Positions 56,568 to 64,000 of a stretch of DNA of 64,000 bases are shown piece after piece. A program made the position numbers and the translations under genes. The notes under the pieces were generated by a model, which worked only from the letters and a program-made list of their open reading frames with translations, was not told the DNA's origin and did not search any database. The DNA lies in contig JBFMHR010000001.1 of NCBI GenBank assembly GCA_040751795.1, positions 192,001 through 256,000 on the forward strand, read 5' to 3'. This stretch comes from Thermoplasmatota archaeon. Lineage in GTDB: Archaea; Thermoplasmatota; Thermoplasmata; UBA10834. The stretch's first letter is position 1; every line of letters starts with the position of its first letter.

Positions 56568-57593
56568 TCACCCGGTCCATCCGAGGTGCACGAACGCCAG
56601 GAAGAGCAGCCCGGATATCGTGGCGGACGCGAGTATCGTCACCGCCCACGCGATGACTATCTTGCGGCCCAGGCCCCACCTCACGGCGGACAGCCTCTTC
56701 GTCGCGCCCACGCCCATTATCGAGCCGGATATCGTGTGCGTGGTGCTCACCGGTATCCCGAGGACCGCGGTGAAGAGCAGGACTCCGGCGCCGCCGGTCT
56801 CCGCGCAGAACCCCTGGTACGGGTCTAGCTTGGTGATCCTCGAGGCCATGGTCTTCACGATCCTCCAGCCGCCGAAGAATGTCCCCAGGGCTATCGACAG
56901 GCCGCATGCCAGGACGACCCAGGTGTAGACGGTGAACTCGGACTCCGGCGAGGCCCCCTCCGAGAGGAAGAGGACCATCATGATGATGCCCATGCCCTTC
57001 TGGGCGTCGTTGGTCCCGTGCGTGAGCGAGAAGAAGCCCGACGACACGAGCTGGAGCTTCCTGAACCACTTGTTGACCGTGCCCCTCGCGAGGTGCCTGA
57101 CCAGGTGCATCACGAGGACCATCAGTATGAACCCGGCGACGAGGCCGGCCATCGGCGAGATGATGATGAAGGCGATGGTCTTGAGGGTCCCGGACCACAC
57201 GATGGCGTCCAGGCCCCAGACGGCGCATCCCGCGCCTATGAGCCCTCCGATGAGGGCGTGGCTGCTGGACGTGGGGATGCCCCACCACCAGGTTATCAGG
57301 TCCCAGAGGATCGCCCCCACCACCGCGCAGAAGATGAGCGATACGCCGTAGTCCCACAGCATGTCCTGGTCGATGATCCCCTTGCCGATGGTCTTCGCCA
57401 CGTTGTCCGATATGAAGATGCCCAGGAAGTTGAAGGTCGCCGCCCACGCGACGGCCTTGACGGGCGTGAGCACCCTCGTCGCCACGATCGTCGCTATGGA
57501 GTTCGCCGAGTCGTGGAAGCCGTTGACGAACTCGAACCCGAGGGTCATGAGTATCGTCGCAGCCGCGAGCAGTGGCAACCCGAGTACGTCCAT
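56568..57593 (-). CDS. pit: PiT family inorganic phosphate transporter
   Basis: NGFHDSANSIAT, PTSSSHA, HGTNDAQK, PVSTTH. Confidence 0.95.
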   Translation of the reverse strand: MDVLGLPLLAAATILMTLGFEFVNGFHDSANSIATIVATRVLTPVKAVAWAATFNFLGIFISDNVAKTIGKGIIDQDMLWDYGVSLIFCAVVGAILWDLITWWWGIPTSSSHALIGGLIGAGCAVWGLDAIVWSGTLKTIAFIIISPMAGLVAGFILMVLVMHLVRHLARGTVNKWFRKLQLVSSGFFSLTHGTNDAQKGMGIIMMVLFLSEGASPESEFTVYTWVVLACGLSIALGTFFGGWRIVKTMASRITKLDPYQGFCAETGGAGVLLFTAVLGIPVSTTHTISGSIMGVGATKRLSAVRWGLGRKIVIAWAVTILASATISGLLFLAFVHLGWTG

Positions 57594-57602
57594 CAGCCGC
57601 AC

Positions 57603-58232
57603 CTAGGAGTTCTTTATGAATATGTCCTTGATGACATCCGCCACGTCCTCGCACTTGTCGGTCGCCATCTCGAGGTGCTCGTAGATCTCCTTCAGCTTGA
57701 TCAGCTCGATCACGTCCTTCCCCTTGAAGAGGTTCGCGACCGCCTCGTGGGTGATGTCGTCCCCGACGTTCTCCCACCTGTTTATCTCGATGCAGTGCTG
57801 GAGGATCTCGTTCTTGTGCTTGAAGTTCTTGAGGTCCTTGACCGCGTGGTTGACCTCCTTGGTGGAGCCAAGGACGCACTCGGCGAGCCGGACCATCTCG
57901 GGGGGGACCGACTTGACCTGGTACGCCCACATCCTGTGGGCGGCCGCCTCGATGTAGTCGAGGACGTCGTCCAGCCTCGAGGTGAGCTTGGACATGTCGT
58001 CGTGGTCGATCGGCGTGACGAAGGTCTTGTTCAGCTCCTCGGCGATGGTGTGGACGAGGTCGTCCCCCCTGTGCTCGATCTCCTTGATCCTGTCCCTCTT
58101 CCGGGCCACGTCCGTGAAGTCCTTGGTCAGGTCGAGGAGGGCCTCCGCGCCCTCGAGGACGACGTCGGCCTGCTGGTCCAGCATCGCGAAGAAGTGCTTC
58201 TCCTGAGGAATGATCCATTCCTTGAAACCCAT
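57603..58232 (-). CDS. DUF47/PhoU-like phosphate transport regulator
   Basis: EHRGD, FVTPIDHDD, LDDVLD, E-ATDKCEDVA; adjacent to pit. Confidence 0.92.
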   Translation of the reverse strand: MGFKEWIIPQEKHFFAMLDQQADVVLEGAEALLDLTKDFTDVARKRDRIKEIEHRGDDLVHTIAEELNKTFVTPIDHDDMSKLTSRLDDVLDYIEAAAHRMWAYQVKSVPPEMVRLAECVLGSTKEVNHAVKDLKNFKHKNEILQHCIEINRWENVGDDITHEAVANLFKGKDVIELIKLKEIYEHLEMATDKCEDVADVIKDIFIKNS

Positions 58233-58369
58233 TGAGTGCGTCCCCCGCGTCAAGTCATACCCTGTGTGGGTATAAATCCTTAGGTACCATAGAATCCATA
58301 GCTTCCGGTGGAAATATGCACCCCATCGGGGGAGAGTTACTTTTACCCGGGACCTGTTACCACCGGGCG

Positions 58370-59743
58370 ATGAGGCCGGGAGAGGGTCCCGCCCCGAGGC
58401 TGTTCGGGACGAACGGCGTCCGGGGCGTGGTCAACACCGAGGGCATGGACTGCGAGTTCGCGATGAGGCTCGGCCTCGCGATAGGCTCGTACATGAAGGG
58501 GCCGGTGATGATGGGCACCGACGCCCGCACGTCCAACGACATGCTGAGGTCGGCGTGCTCCGCCGGCCTGATGGCCGCGGGGTGCGAGGTGGTCGACTGC
58601 GGCATCGTCCCCACCCCGACCCTCCAGTACGCCGTGAAGAGGAACGGGGTGGCCGGAGGGGTGATGATCACGGCGTCCCACAACCCCCCGGAGTTCAACG
58701 GAATCAAGTGCATCGACCCCGACGGGACCGAGATGGCCAGGGCCAACGAGGAGCGGATCGAGGCACTCTACCATAGGATGGATTTCCGGAGGGCCGAGTG
58801 GTCCTCCGTCGGGAGGACCAGGGCATACGCGACGGCCATTCATGAGTACGTCGACGGCATCGTTTCGCTGGTCGACGCCAAGGCGGTCAGGAAGGCCAAG
58901 CTCAGGGTCGCCGTCGACTGCAGCAACGGGGCCGCATCGCTCGTGACGCCGAAGCTCCTCGAGAGGCTCGGGGTGAGCTACGTCACCCTCAACGCGGACC
59001 CGAACGGCGCGTTCCCCGGCCACAACAGCGAGCCCACGCCGGAGAACACCAAGGACATAGTCGACCTGGTCAGGGCTGGCGGGTTCGACCTCGGCTTCGT
59101 GCACGACGGCGACGCCGACAGGACCATCTTCGTCGACGACAGGGGCAGGTACATGTACGGCGACAGGAGCCTGGCCCTTGTGGCGCACCACGTCTGCCTG
59201 GAGAGGGAGGGCGGCCTGGTGGTCACCTCCGTGGGGTCGTCGATGTGCGTCGAGGACGCGGTCAGGCTCGCCGGAGGGAGCGTGGAGTACACCATGGTCG
59301 GCTCCCCCATAGTGGCGCGCGCCATGATGGACATGGGCGCCGTCTTCGGGGGGGAGGAGAATGGCGGCCTGATCTTCCCGGAGCTGCAGTACTGCAGGGA
59401 CGGCGCGATGTCCGCGGCCAAGGTCCTCGAGATCGTCGCCAGGCACGGGAGGCTCTCGGACCTGCTGGACAGGATACCCTCCTACTCGCAGTACAAGACG
59501 AAGACCAGGTGCCCGGACAGCAGGAAGCAGGCCGTGATGGACAGGCTCGCCTCGGCCGCACAGGGCGACAGGGTGGACAGGACGGACGGCGTGAAGATAT
59601 TCTCAGGGAAGGGCTGGGTGCTCGTGAGGCCGTCCGGGACGGAGCCCATCTTCAGGGTATTCTCCGAGGCGCGGACCCCGGAGGAGGCCAAGGAGCTGGC
59701 CGAGTCCTACAGGAAGAGGGTCGAGGGACTGGTCAAGGGCTGA
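58370..59743 (+). CDS. Alpha-D-phosphohexomutase (phosphoglucosamine mutase/PMM-PGM)
   Basis: LFGTNGVRG, TASHNP, DGDADR, GEENGG, RPSGTEP. Confidence 0.93.
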   Translation: MRPGEGPAPRLFGTNGVRGVVNTEGMDCEFAMRLGLAIGSYMKGPVMMGTDARTSNDMLRSACSAGLMAAGCEVVDCGIVPTPTLQYAVKRNGVAGGVMITASHNPPEFNGIKCIDPDGTEMARANEERIEALYHRMDFRRAEWSSVGRTRAYATAIHEYVDGIVSLVDAKAVRKAKLRVAVDCSNGAASLVTPKLLERLGVSYVTLNADPNGAFPGHNSEPTPENTKDIVDLVRAGGFDLGFVHDGDADRTIFVDDRGRYMYGDRSLALVAHHVCLEREGGLVVTSVGSSMCVEDAVRLAGGSVEYTMVGSPIVARAMMDMGAVFGGEENGGLIFPELQYCRDGAMSAAKVLEIVARHGRLSDLLDRIPSYSQYKTKTRCPDSRKQAVMDRLASAAQGDRVDRTDGVKIFSGKGWVLVRPSGTEPIFRVFSEARTPEEAKELAESYRKRVEGLVKG

Positions 59744-59744
59744 C

Positions 59745-60617
59745 TCAGGCCTTCCTGGCGCGCGCGGCCTTCCACTTCACCGCGATGACCTCGCGTATCA
59801 GCCTCGCTGCCAGTATCGAGGTGTTGCCGTTGTCGTAGGGCGGGCACACCTCCACCACGTCGAACCCGACCAGGCGGTCCCCAAGGCGGTTGATGACGTG
59901 CCTCACGTCCATGGGCGTGAGCCCGAAGGGCTCTGGCGTCCCCGTCCCCGGGGCGTACGCGGGGTCGATCCCGTCTATGTCCAGGGAGAGGTAGACCGGC
60001 TCCCTCCTGAGCTTTCCGAGCATCTCGTCGAAGACCTTCGCGCAGCCCTCCTCGTGCACCCTGAAGGCGTCCGCGTAGAGCGCCGACCCGCGGTCCTCCT
60101 CACCTGAGATGGACCTCACTCCGAAGGCGAAGACGTTGCCCTTCCCGACGACGTCCTCTATCCGCTTGTGCGCGCACGCGTGGCTGTTCTTGAGGCCCTG
60201 GTACTCCTCCCTGTAGTCCAGGTGGGCGTCTATGGTTATGACGGAGATGTCCTTGCCGTAGGCCTTCACCAGCGGCGGCGAGACCGAGTGCTCCCCGCCC
60301 ATCGTGATGAGGAACTTGCCATCGCCGACGATCCTCCTGGCCTCCTCCTCGATCGCGGCCACCATGTCGTCCACGGTGCCCTCCTCGTAGAGGTCCCCCG
60401 CGTCGTGGAGCCTGATGTCGTCGAAGGTGACGCCGTGCTCGAAGAGCTCCTTCTCGAAGTTGGACGAGGCGCCCCTGATGGTGGTCGGGGCGATCCTGGC
60501 GCCGCTCCTGAAGGTGGTGGTCCTGTCGAAGGGCGCGCCCATTATGACGAACTCAGAATCCTCGTAGGTCGAATCAGCGTCCGCGAAGGTCAGCATCCCG
60601 CGGCTTGGCATCCTCAC
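59745..60617 (-). CDS. speB: Agmatinase
   Basis: GGEHS, DAHLD, SHAC, DIDGIDP, PGTGTPEP; overlaps eif5a stop; start 60617 or 60611. Confidence 0.92.
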   Translation of the reverse strand: MRMPSRGMLTFADADSTYEDSEFVIMGAPFDRTTTFRSGARIAPTTIRGASSNFEKELFEHGVTFDDIRLHDAGDLYEEGTVDDMVAAIEEEARRIVGDGKFLITMGGEHSVSPPLVKAYGKDISVITIDAHLDYREEYQGLKNSHACAHKRIEDVVGKGNVFAFGVRSISGEEDRGSALYADAFRVHEEGCAKVFDEMLGKLRREPVYLSLDIDGIDPAYAPGTGTPEPFGLTPMDVRHVINRLGDRLVGFDVVEVCPPYDNGNTSILAARLIREVIAVKWKAARARKA

Positions 60618-61000
60618 ACCCGCATGATCTTCTTCCGGCCCATGGCGACGATGTACATGATGTCCTCGCCCGCCTTGAGCGAGTCCTTGTACTCCTCGGG
60701 TATGGGCAGCTGGAACATCTCGTAGGTCTCGAGGTCCATGAGCTGCACCTCGGCCCCCATGAGGGAGACGACCTGCGCCTGCCTCTTGTCTATCATCGGG
60801 ACCTGGACCTTGTGCTTGACCGGGTAGACGACGGACCTCTTGTTGCCGTCGAATAGCCCCACGGCCTCGATGCGGGCCTTGGCCTCACCGTGCTTCCCTG
60901 GCTTGGAGGTCGAGATGCTCAGGATCTTGCAGGGCTCCTCCTCGATGTTCATGTACCGGCCCTCTTTCAGGGTCCTGACCTCTGCCTGCTCCCATGCCAT
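60614..61000 (-). CDS. eif5a: Translation factor aIF-5A
   Basis: Hypusine motif SKPGKHGEAK, QLMDLETY. Confidence 0.97.
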   Translation of the reverse strand: MAWEQAEVRTLKEGRYMNIEEEPCKILSISTSKPGKHGEAKARIEAVGLFDGNKRSVVYPVKHKVQVPMIDKRQAQVVSLMGAEVQLMDLETYEMFQLPIPEEYKDSLKAGEDIMYIVAMGRKKIMRV

Positions 61001-61052
61001 GGAAAACCACTTCTGGACTCCGTAATCTCTGGGTATTTAAAATACTTATCCG

Positions 61053-62099
61053 TCAGCGGCGGCGCTTCTTGAGCCTGCCAGGCGCCCTCTTCGGGGGGGA
61101 CGCGTGCTGCTTCCTGATCTCCGCCAGCCTCCTGTCGAGCTGCTCCCTCAGGACGGCGGAGATGTCGTTCTTCGAGTACATGTCGGCCCTGGCGGCGAGG
61201 GATATCTTCGATGCCAGGACGCGAGCTATGGCCCCCCGCTGCCACGCGGGGGCGGTGTGGACGAGCATGTGCTGGAACAGGATGCCGTGCTTCGGCGGCT
61301 TCGCCCCCTTCTTGAGGTGCCTGAACATGGCCTTCTCCGCCCCGAGGAGCTGGACCGTGCTCGAAGGCATCGAGGCGAGCCTCTTCAGGCTCCCGGCCTG
61401 CATGATCAGCCTGGCGCCGACGACCGGGCCTGCGATCGCTGATATGTTGGGCGCCACCTGCGCCATCCTCGAGTCGATGTAGCGCTCGAGCTTCGCCCTC
61501 GCGGAGTACGACTCCCTGAGGGCCGCGGAGAGCACCCTGACGGAGTCGAGGTCGGCCGCCTCCACGTCCGAGCCGATCGAGTCCATCCTCAGGCCGAGGG
61601 CCGACATCACGTCCGCCCTCGAGCCGTGGTCGGCCACCGCCTTCGCGTACGCCTCCCCGGACAGGACGACCTCCAGCTCCGGGAAGTGAAGGCCGTACCA
61701 CTCCCTCAGCCTCTCGGACAGGATGTTGTCCGTGAACACTATGTCGTCGTAGGCCCTCACGGCCTGGCCGAGGTGGACGTCCGGGCCGATGCTGCGCCTG
61801 ACGGACTCCTTCGCCAATATTATCGTGGCTTCCCTATACATGTCCAGCGAGAAGCCGTACTCCTCCGGCCTGATGAACGACGAGTCGAACCTGACCCTCT
61901 TGCCGAACTCGGAGAGCCTCCGGTCGGTGACCTGCTTAGCGGACGGTGCGAGGGACGCCTCCTCCTCGAGGACCTCGCCCCTGGCCACCCTCCCGAGCCT
62001 GTCGGCGACGGCGGCGGCGTCCTTCGGGAAGAGGGCCGCCCTCCTGACCTTGCCCTCTTCGCAGAGGAAGCTGCCGAACCACTTGGTGACCAGTATCAT
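61053..62099 (-). CDS. nop5: C/D box RNP core protein Nop5 (Nop56/58)
   Basis: LREWYGLHFPEL, APN, VQLLGAEKA, PKHGILFQH. Confidence 0.93.
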   Translation of the reverse strand: MILVTKWFGSFLCEEGKVRRAALFPKDAAAVADRLGRVARGEVLEEEASLAPSAKQVTDRRLSEFGKRVRFDSSFIRPEEYGFSLDMYREATIILAKESVRRSIGPDVHLGQAVRAYDDIVFTDNILSERLREWYGLHFPELEVVLSGEAYAKAVADHGSRADVMSALGLRMDSIGSDVEAADLDSVRVLSAALRESYSARAKLERYIDSRMAQVAPNISAIAGPVVGARLIMQAGSLKRLASMPSSTVQLLGAEKAMFRHLKKGAKPPKHGILFQHMLVHTAPAWQRGAIARVLASKISLAARADMYSKNDISAVLREQLDRRLAEIRKQHASPPKRAPGRLKKRRR

Positions 62100-62145
62100 C
62101 GGTGCCTGTATCCGGCGGATGGGTAAAAAGCCTACCGAGTGACGG

Positions 62146-63147
62146 TCAGCGCGGACCGAGCGCACCCATGACATCGCCCGGCTTGAGGACCCCCTTCTCC
62201 GTGACGAAGCCCGTGACGTACTTGGAGGGGGTGACGTCGAAGGCGGGGTTCAGGGCCCTGCTCCCCTTCGGGGCGACCCTCCTGTCCCCGACGAGCAGCA
62301 CCTCGTCCTGGGAGCGCTCCTCTATCGCTATGCCGGAGCCGGACCCGAGGGAGAAGTCGAACGTGCTCACCGGGGCCGCGACATAGAAGGGGATCCCGTT
62401 CTCCTTGGCGAGGACCGCCTTCTCGTACGTGCCTATCTTGTTGGCGAAGTCCCCGTTGAAGGAGATCCTGTCCGCGCCCACCATGACCAGGTCCACCAGC
62501 CCCCTGGCCATGTAGTGCCCCGCGGCGTTGTCCGCGATTATCGCGTGGTCGATGCCCTCGTTCAGCAACTCCCATGCGGTGAGCTTCGCCCCCTGCAGCC
62601 TGGGCCTGGTCTCGTCCACGTAGACGAAGAACCTCCTTCCCGCCCTGTGGGCGACCCTCATCGGCGCCAGGGCGGTGCCGAAGTCGACCGTGGCGAGGGC
62701 CCCCGCGTTGCAGTGCGTGAGGAGCCTGGAGCCGTCCTTGATCAGCGGCGCCCCGTGCTCGCCGATGGACTTGCACTTCGACACTATCTCCTCGGCGTAC
62801 GCGTCGGCGGCCTTGACGAGGTCCCCGCCCCTCCTCGAGAGCATGAGGTCCACCGCGTAGAACAGGTCGTGGGCGGTCGGCCGGGTGGCCTTGATGGCCG
62901 CGGCGGCCTTGTCGAGGTCCTCTCCGGCGGCCCATGCCAGCGCCATGCCGTACGCGGCCGCCGCGCCGATGGTGGGGGCGCCCCGGACGGTCATGTCCGA
63001 GATGGCGGCGGCCATCTCGATGTAGGTCCTGATGGCCACGGTCTTGAAACTGCCGGGCAGCAGCCTCTGGTCTATCGCCCTGACGACCGAGCCGTCCATC
63101 CAGACGGCCCTGAGGTCCTCCCGCCCTTGCCTCGTCCTGACCCGCAT
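62146..63147 (-). CDS. mtnA: Methylthioribose-1-phosphate isomerase
   Basis: DQRLLP, VRGAPTIG, TRPTA, LTHCNAGALAT, ETRPRLQG, NKIGTY, NPAFDVTP. Confidence 0.94.
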   Translation of the reverse strand: MRVRTRQGREDLRAVWMDGSVVRAIDQRLLPGSFKTVAIRTYIEMAAAISDMTVRGAPTIGAAAAYGMALAWAAGEDLDKAAAAIKATRPTAHDLFYAVDLMLSRRGGDLVKAADAYAEEIVSKCKSIGEHGAPLIKDGSRLLTHCNAGALATVDFGTALAPMRVAHRAGRRFFVYVDETRPRLQGAKLTAWELLNEGIDHAIIADNAAGHYMARGLVDLVMVGADRISFNGDFANKIGTYEKAVLAKENGIPFYVAAPVSTFDFSLGSGSGIAIEERSQDEVLLVGDRRVAPKGSRALNPAFDVTPSKYVTGFVTEKGVLKPGDVMGALGPR

Positions 63148-63247
63148 CTTCCTCGCCCCGTGTATCCGCATCCATGCATAAAACGATGGACTCCGGCCCC
63201 GCCAAAAGAATATTAAACCAACGCGGCATACATCGGCCGTCGCCAAA

Positions 63248-63320
63248 GGGCCTATGGTCTAGCGGTTATGACGGCGCTCTCACACAGCGCAGATCACCGG
63301 TTCAAATCCGGTTAGGCCCA
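63248..63320 (+). tRNA. tRNA-Val (CAC), no intron, CCA not encoded
   Basis: Acceptor GGGCCTA/TAGGCCC, anticodon arm GCGCT-CTCACAC-AGCGC, T arm ACCGG-TTCAAAT-CCGGT; upstream TATTAA box. Confidence 0.96.
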
Positions 63321-63391
63321 CACCCATCTCACACCTCCGTGTGAATGAAAAGAAGGGAAGTGGTTTCAGGGTTTCTGGGGCTGTTGCGACA

Positions 63392-64000
63392 TCACTTGAC
63401 GTAGCTGTGGGCCTGGTTGAGCTTGCCGCCGTGGCCGTTGCCACCGCCGCCGCTCTCGCCACCGTTGCCGTTGCCGCCGTCACCGTCGCCGCCGTTCCCG
63501 TTCCCGCCGCCGTCGCCGCCGTCGCCGCTGCCGCCGCCCGCTCCCTGCGGGATCAGCGGGCCGAGGATGATGTATGCGGCGTCGCCGATGAGGCCGCCCT
63601 CGCCGATCTTGTAGAGCTCGAAGGCCTCATCGCCGTCCATGGCGAGGTCGTCGTACGGGTGGTCCGGGACGAGGTACTCGCCCTCGACCTCGGGGTTGTA
63701 GAGGTGACCTATCGCGTAGTTCACATCGTACCACTCGCCGACGTCGCCGTACCATGCGCCCGCCGCGTCCTGCTTCGCGACCCCGAGCCTTATCTCGGTC
63801 GTGTACTCTCCCTCAGACAGCCCGGTCGTGTCCCAGAGCGTCCCGTATATCAGGTGCCCGGCCTTGTTGACCTCGCGCCCGAACCCCTCGTCGATGACCT
63901 TGGTCGAGGTCAATGGGTCCCAGCCCGCCTCGAGGACTATCGGCGTGACGAGCTCGGCCGACGTGATGGTGACCGAGATGTACGACACGGAGACCATCTT
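63392..64000 (-). CDS. Hypothetical acidic protein with Gly/Asn/Asp-rich C-terminal tail; 5' end beyond window
   Basis: Open frame to window edge; GGDGGNGNGG low-complexity tail. Confidence 0.75.
   Translation of the reverse strand, partial: KMVSVSYISVTITSAELVTPIVLEAGWDPLTSTKVIDEGFGREVNKAGHLIYGTLWDTTGLSEGEYTTEIRLGVAKQDAAGAWYGDVGEWYDVNYAIGHLYNPEVEGEYLVPDHPYDDLAMDGDEAFELYKIGEGGLIGDAAYIILGPLIPQGAGGGSGDGGDGGGNGNGGDGDGGNGNGGESGGGGNGHGGKLNQAHSYVK

Noticed and set aside
735-63229. Many long alternative-frame and antisense ORFs (e.g. 3073-4881, 7485-9842, 33558-36431, 50379-53753)
   Set aside because: Shadow ORFs expected from high GC3; Arg/Gly/Pro-rich, no motifs, overlapping well-supported genes

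Overview
GC-rich archaeal chromosomal window, most likely class Thermoplasmata (archaeal translation genes, CarS, Nop5, HTH-RibK and a DUF6015-like protein; the taxonomy is inference). About 60 genes, mostly housekeeping: purSLQ, the conserved rpl7ae-rps28e-rpl24e-ndk-aIF5B-rps6e-aIF2gamma-PIN cluster, ppsA, XPD-carS-pyrE-UDG, smc-scpA-scpB, SmAP, PiT, phosphohexomutase, aIF5A-agmatinase, nop5, mtnA and tRNA-Val(CAC), plus a cell-surface glycosylation locus (about 40-50 kb). No CRISPR array, rRNA, transposase or integrase was seen. Best leads: (1) a tungsten-AOR/ferredoxin/class-III aminotransferase module with highly structured non-coding regions (candidate cis-regulatory RNA and sRNA); (2) tandem carboxyspermidine-dehydrogenase-like paralogues with apparently opposite NAD/NADP signatures next to a bacterial-type corrinoid activator, which with (1) suggests an uncharacterised amine/polyamine pathway; (3) TATA-like boxes repeatedly enclosed by inverted repeats; (4) an unannotated 32-aa ORF; (5) several enzymes with substituted active-site ligands. 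All family calls come from motifs read by eye; no searches or folding programs were run.
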